NCBI RefSeq assembly: GCF_032444005.1
Contig: NC_091290.1
Coordinates: 41,912,001-41,976,000 of the forward strand
Origin: Ranitomeya imitator
Taxonomy: Eukaryota
Reading direction: 5' to 3'
DNA length: 64,000 nucleotides
The notes under the pieces are model-generated. The model saw only the letters and a program-made list of their open reading frames with translations. It had not been told where the DNA came from and made no database searches. Below are positions 1 to 12,731 of this stretch, piece after piece. A program made the translations under genes and the position numbers. Numbering within the stretch: position 1 is the first letter of the stretch; each line of letters starts with the position of its first letter.

Positions 1-315
1 TGACGGGCACAAGGGGGCATTCTTTGCGTCTGGAGGAGAGAAGGTTTTTCCACCAACATAGAAGAGGATTCTTTACTGTTAGGGCAGTGAGAATCTGGAA
101 TTGCTTGCCTGAGGAGGTGGTGATGGCGAACTCAGTCGAGGGGTTCAAGAGAGGCCTGGATGTCTTCCTGGAGCAGAACAATATTGTATCATACAATTAT
201 TAGGTTCTGTAGAAGGACGTAGATCTGGGGATTTATTATGATGGAATATAGGCTGAACTGGATGGACAAATGTCTTTTTTTGGCCTTACTAACTATGTTA
301 CTATGTTACTATGTG
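1..315 (+). mobile_element. CR1-type LINE 3' end fragment
   Basis: Encodes the RT C-terminal-like FFTVRAVRIWNCLPEEVVMANSVEGFKRGLDVFL, followed by a 3' UTR ending in a (TACTATGT)n tail typical of CR1 elements. Confidence 0.75.
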
Positions 316-1332
316 ACTGCAGGTAAGTGATTTGCATTCTCCCGGGCCACATTCCAACTAGACATGTCTGACCTTGCTCAATTCACTTGTATCGAGTGAG
401 GTCACGAACGTCTAGTTGTCACATGACCACATGTAAGCAAATCACATACTTGCTGACACACACCCACCAGCTCCCAGCACCAGAGAATCCATGACAGTGC
501 GCACACTACACACTGTGAAGATTCACAAGTCTGCCGTCACAAGGCGGAACAACCCCTTTAAGAAAATATTTCACTTTTAAAGTAAACAAACCTGGTTTGA
601 GCTTCATCAGAATACTGAACCTAAAAATATGAGAGAAAATATTGATAAATGTTTTATAATAATCCGATATTGATAACAGAGACTCTATAGCCAACCAAAA
701 ATCTTGCGTCGTACTTAAAAGGTGTTTTCCCTTTAAATACATTTATTTGTGATTGTCAGAGGTCTGACTTCAGGGACCTCCACTGATCCTGGAGGAAATT
801 TCTAAATTTCCCTGTGTGAGTAGAGCAGTAACGTGCATATATGTGCAGTGTACATTTAATTCCCCTTTAAAGGTGTTATTCCCATCTTTGTAAATTGGTT
901 TTATCGGTTAGTGCTAGTAAATACAAGCAGTTTTGTCTTTTATGGTTTATTAAAATTTTCAGCCATTCTTGAGATATTAACACTTTTCTTTTGCTTACAG
1001 GTCGTTGCCTTGGAGACCGACCACCACTGCTAGACAGCAGGATATGTGTGGTACTTGTGAGCTCTTCACTGTGAAGCTTCTAAGCACTGCTGTGATGCTG
1101 GACAGGATCGCTGTTGCCTCCTAATCCAGGCCAGTTTCAGCGTAGTGCTTGCAAGCTAGACAGCAGAGGTGGTCGGTCTCCTAGGTAACGAGTTGTAGAG
1201 AAAAGAAAAGTGGTAATATCTCATGAACGGTTGCAAATTTTAATAAAAAGGAAATTGCAAAAGTACTTGTTCTTACAGGCACTATATGACAATATACTTA
1301 TATTTATTCTGTCTTTTCTTTCAGGGTTTTAA

Positions 1333-1666
1333 AGGGAGCCTGTCACGTTGGATAACATTATTAACCTGCAAATATAGGGTTAATCTGCAGAGTAGTAATG
1401 TAAGAAAGGTGCCCAGCTACAGTACTGAAAGTGCGGTATCTGGAAGAACATGAGCTTTAGTCTTCCCGGGAGCCGCCGGCTTTCAGTCATAAAGGTGGTG
1501 TGCCGGAACACTTGTATGACTGACAGTCAGCGGCTCCCTGGAGGACTAACCTCAATTTTCCCTTGCATTTTGAGTTCGGTGGCCGCGTACCTTTCTAATG
1601 CTACTAACCTACAGATTGACCCTATATCTGCAGGAGAATAGCGTTATCCTATGTGACAGATTCCCT
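1333..1666. mobile_element. T2-family (TTAA-target, Kolobok-type) MITE
   Basis: TTAA|AGGGAGCCTGTCAC ... GTGACAGATTCCCT|TTAA termini; internally palindromic; no coding capacity. Confidence 0.75.
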
Positions 1667-2211
1667 TTAACACTAGAAGTCCCAGAGAGGGGTCATTTAA
1701 CATTTCTACCTTTGGAACCTTTGGAGCTAGAAATTTCTGGGACTTCTAGTGTTAAAGGGCTTTTTTGTCTTATTGAATACCTCCTCCATAAGAGAGTGCA
1801 GTGAGACAGCCGTAACGATCGGACCACAATGTTCAGACTGGCTGGCGGTTCTCCCGACCAGCTACATACAAATAACTGAAGCTGTCACACCCGGGTGGGG
1901 AGAGCCGCCGGCCAGTCCGTGCACTGCGTTCCAACATCGTTCCAATTTATACGGCCGTCTGACTGCGCCGTTAATGAGAGTCATCCTGCACTGTCTACGT
2001 GTATTGAATTCTTTATCCTCTGCGCACTTTGATTTTTTTATGCTTGCTCCAAAGTATCTTTCCTCCATAATCTCTTGCCTCATCATATTTGAAGATAGTC
2101 GGAAATTAATTGTAGCGTTAACACCATGAAACGTAAACTCTTAGTTACAGCAAGCATTTGTATAATGTAGAGTTTAATGCTACATGTAGATGGATAGCTA
2201 CACATAAGCAT

Positions 2212-3369
2212 TCACAAAGAGTAGCTGAGATGCCGGTAACTTGCCTTTCCTTTAAAGACCCCTCCCCCACTTATCACGGCTTCCTTTTTCTCCTTGGGCA
2301 GCTCCGTTACGTTTCCACTTTTCAGTCCTTTCTCCGGTGGTAATCTGCGGGTCGCCCTTCTCGGTTGGTGGCTCACGGCTGAAGCATTAAGTTCTTCCCT
2401 TTCTCCTCTCCGCCATGTTGAGGAAGATGCCGAATCGGGGCTGGTGCTTAAGTCTCTTCTCCGGAATACAGTCGGTTCTGCGGCAATTTTTGCTTTTACA
2501 GAAGACAAGGATTTGCCTTTTCCTTTCCTTCGGACCTCTTGCTCTACAGCAGTGCCATGCTGAGGTCTCTTATCTCTAGAGCCTGAGCTATCCGTGCTCG
2601 AATTCTTCCACTGTTCTTTATTGCCGTGTGAACTGCGTCTTTCTTTTACTCCTAGAGAAGTGAGGTTGGAAGGACTTAACACTTGTATTGTAATTTCATC
2701 TAAAAAACGAGAAAATCTCTGCTTCTCTTCTGTGCCCCTTTTCCGATCGTTTCCTTGTCCCTTCCTTGTTTCTTTTTCCGCCAGTGCTTCCATGGATTTT
2801 GCCCTGCGATTTCCAATTTTTAGAATTTTTTTATCGTCTTGTCGACTTTTCATGTTGGGTGCCACATCTCTGGTGCGTCCACCATGGATCAGCTGAGTTG
2901 ATTCGCTTTTGGATATTCCTGGCGATTCCTGTTCTGCGCCATCTCGTTCAGTTTTTCTCATATTCGCGCCATCCTTCTGCTTCACAATGTAATCCCTCTT
3001 TTCGACATTTCCTCTCGCTCTTGCTGCAGACAGATCATTGCAAGAACGTGACTGGGGTGCGAGAGAATGGTAACCAGAAAACCGTCCTGAAACTCCAAAA
3101 TTGGATTCTGATGACCAGGGAGAAGAAGAGGATGAAGGTGAGGAGGACGAGATACACTCCTTATAATATTGGTCCCTGATCCCTTCCCAACGCGTTTCTT
3201 CTTTTCTCCGACCCTTCCCTTCTTTATGGCCGGAAGAATGAGGCAATGGCGTAAAAAACTTCTCCATCACTTCCAGTTTTCCAGCTGCCACTTCAGAACC
3301 ACCTTGATCGTCCCAGGTCGCCCTCGGATCTGATAGTCTGCTTCTTTTAACCTCTCGCTTAGTATTCAT
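2212..3369 (-). CDS. Large coding exon of an unidentified protein (Ser/Lys/Arg/Glu-rich, probably disordered); the gene probably continues left of this ORF
   Basis: 385-codon ORF in non-repetitive sequence with an ATG in ACC-ATG context and candidate upstream acceptors. It contains one ordered-looking motif, EEKQRFSRFLDEITIQVLSP. Not recognised as a named gene. Confidence 0.7.
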   Translation of the reverse strand: MNTKREVKRSRLSDPRATWDDQGGSEVAAGKLEVMEKFFTPLPHSSGHKEGKGRRKEETRWEGIRDQYYKECISSSSPSSSSSPWSSESNFGVSGRFSGYHSLAPQSRSCNDLSAARARGNVEKRDYIVKQKDGANMRKTERDGAEQESPGISKSESTQLIHGGRTRDVAPNMKSRQDDKKILKIGNRRAKSMEALAEKETRKGQGNDRKRGTEEKQRFSRFLDEITIQVLSPSNLTSLGVKERRSSHGNKEQWKNSSTDSSGSRDKRPQHGTAVEQEVRRKGKGKSLSSVKAKIAAEPTVFRRRDLSTSPDSASSSTWRRGEREELNASAVSHQPRRATRRLPPEKGLKSGNVTELPKEKKEAVISGGGVFKGKASYRHLSYSL

Positions 3370-4314
3370 GGTTTCTCAAAACATCTGCGAGCCCACCGCA
3401 AACCAAATAAGTTCCCCCTCCTCTACTGTTTCACAATATGAATACAGGACTGAAGTTTGCTGACGTACAGAAAGGCAGGAGTGGAAAATGTATCACATCA
3501 CACTGAGCAATATTGATTGCCGCTGTGAAAAAAAAACACCTATGGGCACAGAGAAAAAGAAAAAAATCCATTCCATTAGAAGGAGAGCACAAAATGTAAC
3601 TGGCTGGGAAAATCTGACCTGACATTTAATCAATTAACCCATGAAGCATGAATATGTACAAGGTAGTGTTACATAACCCCTGATATACTAATCATTTGGC
3701 AGCAGAACTATTTCTTTTTTTAGGAAGCAAAAATCATTCTATTCTGTATTGAGTCGTTGTGTTATTATCGGGTACCGCACACAAAGCATCCGAAATATAA
3801 CTTGACTTCACTATGTAATGTACATAGGTTTAGTTATCTATATCCTATATATATTATTTAATGAGTTACATTAAATAAGTTTTCCCAAGAACAAAAGTGG
3901 ATTTTAATCAATAGATCTTGGAATAATAATCATTTCCACAATTGGATGTGTTTAAATAAAATGTTCCTGTGCCGAGATAATCTTATAAATGTTCCCCTGC
4001 TGTGTAATGGCTGTGTCTGACCGTGCAGGAACATGGTCTGATCATACCACAGCTCCTGGGCAGGGGAGGAAGCAAAAGAGTATACAGACAGGACAGTATG
4101 GGATCACAGCTGATTCTTTCTGTGAGATAAAACATTTCCCTGCCTGTTTTTAACCAAAGTTTACTGCAAAGAATCATTTGTGATCCTCTCCTGTAATGTC
4201 TGTATACTCTATTTTGTGTCTTCCCCTTCCCAGGAGCTGTGATACGATCAGACCATGTTCCTGTACGGTCAGAAACAGCCATTATACAGGACACAGCAGG
4301 GGCACCAGCCTAGA

Positions 4315-4560
4315 GGTAGCTTCACACTAAGCGATGCTGCAGCGATACCGACAACGATGTCTATCGCTGCAGCGTCGCTGTTTGGTCGCTGGAGAGCTGT
4401 CACACAGACAGCTCTCCAGCAACCAACGATGCCGGTAACCAGGGTAAACATCGGGTTACTAAGCGCAGGGCTGCGCTTAGTAACCCGATGTTTACCATGG
4501 TTACCATCGTAAAAGTAAAAAAAAAAACCACTACATACTTACCTTCAGCTGTCTGTCCCC
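4315..4560. mobile_element. Truncated copy of the Harbinger-type MITE seen complete at 11255-11972
   Basis: Matches the reverse complement of the right end of the 11255-11972 element (TTCACACTAAGCGATGCTGCAGCGATACCGACAACGATG...GGTAACCAGGGTAAACATCGGG). Confidence 0.75.
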
Positions 4561-5559
4561 CCCCCCCGGACATGTGTGATCTTCACAATTAGTCATGCAC
4601 CCACGAGCCGCTCTCCCTAATGCTCTCAATATTCAGTCAAAAACAGAGAAGCAGAAGAGAAGCTCGCTGTCACAGGACCACAAGTATGAAGGTCGCATAT
4701 GAGTGAAGTGTCCATGTGACGACTACTATGGAACCTGCAGAGCTGAATCCTGACATCGCAGCTTCTGAATTCTCAAAACTAATACAGGTGGACAGTCAGG
4801 TCAGCAGAAGCATGTGATTTGTATACTTCTGACCACATTCCGACTAGACTCTCTCAGTTCATTTTCATTGACTGAGGCCACATATATCTAGTCAACACGT
4901 GACCGCATGTATGTAAATCGCCAGCATGAGAGAATCCTGACAGTGTGCAGGGTGCACTGTGAGAAGTCAGAAGTCCGCAGTCACAAAGAATGACTGCAGA
5001 CTCATCACAAACCTGGACATTCCCTTTAATTCTCCTAACATACTGTAAATAAAAACATGAGAGTTAGTTAGTATCACAAACATTTACATCCAGGTACCTT
5101 ATAGATGACGTCATCTCTGGAGCCGTTCTCCTTTTCTTCATCTTGTCCAGACCCCATGATGAGTTTTCTCATCCACAGCCGTCTCTGCAGACTTCCATCT
5201 TCTCCGCTCTTTTGAAGAAAATCTCCACATGATGCCCTTAAAGATACAAGTGTCATTATAATGCTCCTGAATAAAAAATTGCCCCTCGCTATATTGTCTG
5301 CACAAAATATGACCCCCACACTGTCCCTCTTATGGTACATGCTCTTCACACTGACCTCTCCTTTCCATACCGGCCCCTCTTCACACTGTCCTCTCACAGT
5401 GTGTCCCCCTCTATAGGGCCCAGTATTTATACTGTACTCTCTCATCATACTCCCCCTCCTTAGTATACTGTCCCCTCCTGGCTATGCCCTTACACTGTCC
5501 CCCATGCTACGCCCCCACTACTCAGTTTCTATTCTGTGCCCACTCACTTTTCTCCCCCA

Positions 5560-5810
5560 CACACGACTCCGCTCCATACACCTTGCACACACGGCTCCAC
5601 TCCGTACACCTCGTACACACGGCTCCGCTCCATACACCTTGCACACACCTAGTTCCGCTCTGTACACCTCGTACACACACGACTCCGCTCTGTACACACC
5701 CAGCTCTGCTCCACACACGGCCTCACACCTCGTACACACCCAGCTCTGCTCCATACACCTTGCACACATGGCTTCCGCTCTGTACACCTCGTACACACAA
5801 GGCTCTGCTA
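5560..5810. repeat. Degenerate 28-32 bp minisatellite (CTCCGCTC(C/T)(A/G)TACACCT(T/C)G(C/T)ACACAC...)
   Basis: Tandem units visible; explains the overlapping repetitive ORFs at 5484-6122. Confidence 0.8.
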
Positions 5811-6434
5811 CATCCACACAAACCACTCCTGACCCCACACAAAAGCTTACCCTCGTCCAGCACCATGACAACCAGCAGAGTCCTGCACTACATGTTGGCC
5901 CTTGATCATGTGACTCATGACTCCTCCCCTCCTGTGACCTCATCACAGGTCCTGTGCGCACAGAGCAGCGGCAGCCATAGTTGCGGTGTGCGGCTCTCTG
6001 CGGTGAAGATGCTCTGCTGCGGGACAAGTGCAGTCCCACCCGTGATCGCACACGCACTGAGAGAGTGCACGCGCACCAGGGCCTGTACAGAAGATTTAAA
6101 GGGCCGTCGGTCCATTTTGTAGCTCAGAGTGCTTACAGGTCCGCCCAGTCTCTGCTGGACTGGGCGGGCCCCTAGGCACTCTGGGCCCCATTGCAGCTGC
6201 GACCGCGGTAGTTACGCTGCTGACACTTGGGATTCGACGCGCAGCACTTTCTCTGAGCCGGCTGTCAATTTGACAGCCGGCTCAGAGAACGGGACTATCT
6301 CAGTGTGGGGGCGGCAGAATGCCGCCGCCGAGGAGCCTCCTTGGACCGCCGCATCATCAGGCAGCCTGCTGGCGCCCCCCTGTCGGCTGCGCCCGGGGCA
6401 CATGCCCCGGCTGCCCCCCCTGGATACGCCACTG

Positions 6435-7806
6435 AGGGTCACCCAGACAATTTTGTGCTTTCCATGAAAACTCATACTTTTATTAATCAAATGAGTTGCC
6501 TAATGAATTGAAAATCTAGTCCAGACATTGACAAGGTTCGAAAAAAGATTTTTATTTGAAATAATAATTTTCTCCTTCAAACAGTGCTTTTATCAAAGAA
6601 TGCTCCCTTTGCAGTAATTCCAGCATTGCAGTCTTTGGCATTCCAGCAGTTAATTTGCTGAGGTAATCTGGAGACATTTCACCCCATGCTTCCAGAAGCC
6701 CCCCACAAGTTGGTTTGGCTTCATGGCGTTTTTTGCACCATACGGTCAAGCTGCTCCCACAACAGCTCAATGGGGTTGAGATCTGGTGACTGCGCTGGCC
6801 ACTCCATTACAGATAGAATACCAGCTGCCGGCTTCTACCCTAAATAGTTCTTGCACGTCCACAGGGTATGGCATGGCGTTGTAAAATGGAGTGAGAGCCT
6901 TCCTTATTCAAAATCCCTTTTACCTTGCACAAATCCTCCACTTTACCAGCACCAAAGCAACCCCAGACCATCACATTACCTCCACCATGCTTGACAGATG
7001 GCGTCAGGCACTCTTCCAGCATCTTTTCAGTTGTTCTGCGACTCACAAATGTTCTTCTGTGTGATCCAAACACTTCAAACTTGGATTAGTCTGTCCATAA
7101 TACTTTTTTCCAATCTTCCTCTGTCCAATGTTCTTTGCCACTCTGCCCTGAAGGCCAGCATCCCGGAGTTACCTCTTCACTGTAGACATTGACACTGGCG
7201 TTTTGCGTGTACTATTTAATGAAGCCGCCAGTTGAGGACCTGTGAGGCATCGATTTCTCAAACTACAGACTCTAATGTACTTGCCTTGTTGCTCAGTTGT
7301 GCAGCGGGGCCTCCCACTTCTCTTTCTACTCTGGTTAGAGCCTGTTTGTGCTCTCCTCTGAAGAGAGTAGTACACACCGTTGTACATCTTCAGTTTCTTG
7401 GCAATTTCTCGCATGGAATAGCCTTCATTTCTAAGAACAAGAACAGACTGTCGAGTTTCACATGAAAGTTCTTTTTTTTCTGGCCATTTTGAGAGTTTAA
7501 TGGAACCAACAAATGTAATGCTCCAGATTCTCAACTAGCTCAAAGGAAAGTCAGGTTTATAGGTTCTCTAATCAGCCAAACTGTTTTCTGCTGTGCTAAC
7601 ATACTTGCACAAGGGTTTTCAAGGGTATTCTAACTATCTATTAGCTTTATTACACAGTTAGCAAACACAAAGTACCATAAGAACACTGGAGTGATGGTTG
7701 TTAGAAATGAGCCTCTGTACACCTATGAAGATATTGCATTACAAACCAGACGTTTGCAGCTAGAATAGTCATTTACCACATTAACAATGTATAGAGTGTA
7801 TTTCAG
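6435..7806 (-). mobile_element. Decayed Tc1-like DNA transposon
   Basis: ORF fragments KKELSCETRQSVLVLRNEGYSMREIAKKLK...RSGRPRCTT (paired-like HTH) and PSVKHGGGNVMVWGCF (DDE domain); frameshifted. Boundaries approximate. Confidence 0.85.
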
Positions 7807-7813
7807 AATCATT

Positions 7814-8100
7814 GAGGCTATGTGCACACGTTGCAGATTTGCCTGTGGAATTTCCTGAGCAGATTCTGAATTTCTTGACAGAAAACGTAGGTCAGACTTT
7901 GCTCTTTTTTTTTTTTGTATGTGCACACGTTGCAGATTTTTTGTGCAGATTTCTTCCTTTTTTTCCCCCTGCAGATTTCTATTATGGAATGGGTGCAGAA
8001 ACGCAGCAGAACTGCACAAAGAAGTAACATGCTCCTTTTTTTAATCTGCTGTGTTTTCAGTGCAGATTTTTCTGCACCATTAGCACAATTTTATATTTTT
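7814..8100. mobile_element. Harbinger-type MITE (GGCTATGTGCACAC family), partial
   Basis: Starts GGCTATGTGCACACG and shares the AAAGAAGT(A/G)ACATG core with copies at 17507, 23920, 58807 and 63409. Confidence 0.7.
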
Positions 8101-8896
8101 TTTTAAATCAGGATCAGATTTTTTTTTTATCTGTTTCTGGTGCATTTATCAGTTTTTACCATCCATTTGTCATTTGGTTTCCTTATATGCAAAAAAGTAC
8201 CTGATGGGTTTCCCAAGCTTCTGCTAACAAGTCAGTGAAAAACTGATAAAACATGGATGTCTTCAATGTACCATCCAATGTTTTGGCGGATCTACTCACT
8301 GATCAGTTGAGATTTTGGACCAAAATAAACCATGTCTTGCCTATTTTTTTTTTAGTTTTTTACTATTTTATTATTTTGTGTTAGCTTACATTAATTTACC
8401 CTCTCATACCTAGACTGGTTGGTTTTTGTTTACTATTTAATTTGCTGGATGGTTTTGTTACCCAACTAAAAATAATAAAAAACTACAATCTTGTGTCTTT
8501 GGCTATTTAAAGGGCATCTGTCAGCAGGTTTTTACTATGTAATCTGAGAGCACCATAATGTAGGACAGGTGTGGGGAACTCTGGCTGCAGGGAAGATTCC
8601 CAGGGACCGTAGTGCTCAGCCTGGCAGCCTCCTTGCAGTACGAGCATGTGCATGCAGCATTCACTACTGAACGCTGCTGCGTCCTGACCCTGGCGTACTT
8701 TGTGGGCGGAATCAGCAAACTGCACTTCAATCCCACTGACAAAGACAGCAGCGTCCGCAACGTCACCTGTGATGCATCTGCCCCAGCATTTCTTGAGTCC
8801 CAGCATCTCCTGTGACAAATGTGCCTCAGCATTTCTTGAGTCCCAGCATCTCCTGTGACATATCTGCCCCAGCCCCAATGTCTTCTATGTGATGTA

Positions 8897-10006
8897 CAGT
8901 GGGTACAGAAAGTATTCAGACCCCTTTAAATTTTTCACTGTTTCATTGCAGCCATTTGGTAAATTCCAAAAAGTTTATTTTTTCTCATTAATGTACACTC
9001 CTCACTCCACCTTGACTGAAAAAAAAAACAGAAATGTAGAAAATTTTGCTAATTTATTAAAAAAGAAAAACTAAATTCTCACATGGTCTTAAGTCTTCAG
9101 CCCTTTTGCTCCGTATTGAGTAGAAGCACCCTTTGAGCTAGTGCAGCCATGAGTCTTTTTGAGAATGATACAAGTTTTTCACACCTGGATTTGGGAATCC
9201 TCTGCCATTCTTCCTTGCAGATCCTCTCCAGTTCCGTCAGGTTGGATGGTGAACGTTGGTGGACAGCCATTTTCAGGTCTCTCCAGAGATGCTCAATTGG
9301 GTTTAGGTCAGGGCTCTGGCTGGGCCGGTCAAGAATGGTCACAGAGTTGTTCTGAAGCCACTCCTGTGTTATTTTAGCTGTGTGCTTAGGGTCATTGTCT
9401 TGATGGAAGGTGAACCTTCGGCCAAGTCTGAGTTGCAGAGCATTCTGGAAGAGATTTTCATCCAGGATATCTCTGTACTTGGCCACACTCATGTTTCCTT
9501 CAATGACAACCAGTCGTCCTGTCCCTGCAGCTGAAAATCACCCCCATAGCATGATGCCACCAGCACCATGTTTTACTGTTGGGATTGTATTGGGCAGGTG
9601 ATGAGCAGTGCCTGGTTTTCTCTACACATACCGCTTAGAATTATTACCAAAACGGTCTATCTTCATCTCATCAGACCAGAGAATCTTATTTCTCATAGTC
9701 TGGGAGTCCTTTATGTGTGTTTTTTTTTTTTTTTTTTAGCAAACTCTATGCGGGCTTTCATGTCTTGCACTGAGGAGAGGCTTCCGTCAGGCCACTCTGC
9801 CATAAAGGCCCGACTGGTGGAGGGCTGCAGTGATAGTTGACTTTGTGGAACTTTCTCCCATGTCCCTACTGCATCTCTAGAGCTCAGCCACAGTGATCTT
9901 GTGGTTCTTCTTTAACTCTCTCACCAAGTCTCTTCTTCCACGATTGCTCAGTTTGGCTGGACGGCCAGGTCTAGGAAGACTTCTGGTGGTCGCAAACTTT
10001 TTCCAT
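8897..10006 (-). mobile_element. Tc1-like transposon, 3' part with one TIR (DD34E type)
   Basis: TA|CAGTGGGTACAGAAAGTATTCAGACCCC TIR; transposase fragments [12 protein letters not shown]...[13 protein letters not shown] and KWKKFATTRSLPRPGRPAKL; interrupted at TTAA 10007-10010. Confidence 0.9.
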
Positions 10007-10010
10007 TTAA

Positions 10011-10254
10011 AGGGAACCTGTCACCTGAATTTGGCGGGACCGGTTTTCGGTCATATGGGTGGAGTTTTCGGGTGTTTGATTCACCCTTTCCTTACCCGCT
10101 GGCTGCATGCTGGCCGCAATATTGGATTGAAGTTCATTCTCTGTCCTCCGTAATACACGCCTGCGCCTTGCGCACGTGCAGTATGATTTGCCCAACTGCA
10201 GGCAAAGCCGAAAAGCATTAGTGCGCATGCGCCGGCGCACTATGCCCCGAAACT
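10011..10254. mobile_element. T2-family MITE, left part
   Basis: TTAA|AGGGAACCTGTCACCTGAATTTGGCGGGACC; the same family occurs in reverse at 23172-23321. Confidence 0.8.
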
Positions 10255-12192
10255 ATTTTGCTGCTCCCAAACTCCTGGAGCAGCACATCCACGCTGAACT
10301 TTCCTCCCACATCTCATCTACCTGGCTCTTTGACAATCTACAATCTGGTTTCCGCCCCCATCACTCAACTGAGACAGCCCTCACCAAAATCACTAAGGAC
10401 ATACTTACAGCCAAAGCTAACGGACAATACTCTGTACTCCTCCTTCTAGACCTGTCCTCTACTTTCGACACAGTTGACCACTGCCTCCTACTACAGATCC
10501 TCTCCTCCTTTGGTATCAAAGACGTCGCCCTATCCTGGATCTCCTCATATCTTTCCAACCGCACATTCAGCTTCTCCCACTCCCACCCTCTATCTGTTGG
10601 AGTCCCCCAAGGCTCTGTTCTAGGACCCTTACTCTTCTCAATCTATACACTTGGCCTCGGACAACTCAAAGTCTCATGGATTCCAGTACCACCTTTATGC
10701 TGATGACACTCAGATCTACCTTTCTGGCCCAGACGTCACCTCTCTGCTGTCCAGAATCCCAGAGTGCCTATCAGCCATATCCTCCTTCTCCTCTCGCTTC
10801 CTCAAACTCAATGTGGACAAATCTTTCTCATCATCTTTCCTCCATCTCATAGATCTTCTTTACCTGACCTATCGCAATTAACGACATCACGCTTTCCCCC
10901 GTACTGGAAGTCCACTGCCTCGGATTAACCCCTGACTCTGCCCTGTCCTTCAAACTGCACATCCAAGCTCTTTCCACCTCCTGTCGCCTCCAGCTCAAAA
11001 ATATCTCCAGGATCCGTCCTTTCCTCAACCGTCAATCTACTAAAATGCTTGTGCATGCCCTCTTCATCTCCTGCCTTGACTACTGCAACATCCTTTTCTG
11101 TGGCCTCCCTGCTAACACCCTTGCACCTCTCCAATCCATCCTTAACTCTGCTGCTCGACTTATTTATCTCTCTCCTTGCTACTCCTCCGCTTCCCCCTCT
11201 GCAAATCTTTTCACTGGCTCCCATTCCCTCAGCATATCCAGTTCAAATTACTAAACGTACCGTCACACATAACGATATCGTTAACGATATCGTTGCTTTT
11301 TGTGACGTAGCAACAATATCGTTAATGAAATCGTTATGTGTGACAGCGACCAATGATCAGGCCCCTGCTGGGAGATCGTTGGTCGCTGAGGAAAGTCCAG
11401 AACTTTATTTCGTCGCTGGACTTCCCGCTGGATCGGCGTGTGTGACGCCGATCCAGCGATGTCTTCACTGGTAACCAGGTTAAACATTGGGTTACTAAGC
11501 GCAGGGCCGCGCTTAGTAACCCGATGTTTACCCTGGTTACCAGCGTAAACGTTAAAAAAACAAACACTACATACTTACCTTCAGCTGTCTGTCCCCGGCG
11601 CTCTGCTTCTCTGCACTTCTCCTGCATCCTGTGTCAGCGCCGGCCAGCCGGAAAGCACAGCGGTGATGTCACCGCTCTGCTTTCCGGCTGACAGTGCAGA
11701 GGAAAGCAGAGCGCCGGAGGACAGACAGCTAAAGGTAAGTATGTAGTGTTTGTTTTTTTAACGTTTACGCTGGTAACCAGGGTAAACATCGGGTTACTAA
11801 GCGCGGCCCTGCGCTTAGTTACCTGATGTTTACCCTGGTTACCGGGGACCTCGGGATCGTTGGTCGCTGGAGAGCTGTCTGTGTGACAGCTCTCCAGCGA
11901 CCAAACAGCGACGCTGCAGCGATCGACATCGTTGTTGGTATCGCTGCAGCGTCGCTTAGTGTGACGGTACCCTAATACTAACCTACAAAGCCATCCACAA
12001 CCTGTCTCCTCCATATATCTCTGAACTAATCTCTTGATATCTTCCCTCATGTAATCTCCTGTCCTCCCAAGACCTCCTTATCTCCTCCACACTTATCCGC
12101 TCCTCATCCAATCGCCTCCAAGACTTCTCCCCAATATCCCCTATCCTCTGGAATTCTTTGCCCCAACACGTCCAACTATCAACCACATTCGG
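10255..12192 (+). mobile_element. L2-clade LINE reverse transcriptase fragment (truncated at both ends, frameshifted, MITE-interrupted)
   Basis: LQSGFRPHHSTETAL, LLDLSSTFDTVDH, GVPQGSVLGPLLFSIYT and YADDTQIY motifs; resumes as (I)LTYKAIHNL after the MITE. Confidence 0.92.
11255..11972. mobile_element. PIF/Harbinger-type MITE, 718 bp
   Basis: TIR GTACCGTCACAC/GTGTGACGGTAC with TAA target-site duplication (11252-54, 11973-75). Removing it restores the L2 sequence TTCAAATTACTAATACTAACC. Confidence 0.88.
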
Positions 12193-12219
12193 CGCCGACC
12201 TGACGCTGTCTGTAGGTTA

Positions 12220-12731
12220 GACTCCTTTCACACATCAGTTTTTTGGCTGTCAGTCACAATTCGTTGGCTCAACGGATTCGTTGCAGATTGTGAAAAACTG
12301 ATGCGACGGATCAGTTTTTTCACCAGATTTTTTTCACCAGATCCGACTAGCAGATCTGGCTAATTGGATCCTAAAAAAAATAAATAAAAATCGGAGCATG
12401 CTCTATTTAATAAAACGGAATCAGTCGTCAGATTCCGTCATTTGACGGATCTGGCACTATAGGCTTCCATTCGAGCAAACGACGGATCCGTCGGTTTTCG
12501 ATGTACACAAAAAAAAAAGTTACTTTCTCCGTTGTCTCCGGCCGCCGGACAAACAATTTTCGATTTTTGATCCGGCGAACAATGGATGAAACGTGAGGCC
12601 ATCCGTTGCTAATACAAGACTATGAGAAAATAACGGATCCGGCGGCATCAGTCGCCGGATCTTGGTTTTGTTTTTTTTCAAAATTTGACGGATTGCGACT
12701 GACAACAAAAAACTGATGTGTGAAAGGGGCC
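12220..12731. mobile_element. Harbinger-type MITE, ~510 bp
   Basis: TTA|GACTCCTTTCACACATCAG ... CTGATGTGTGAAAGGGGCC|TTA; palindromic arms. Confidence 0.8.
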
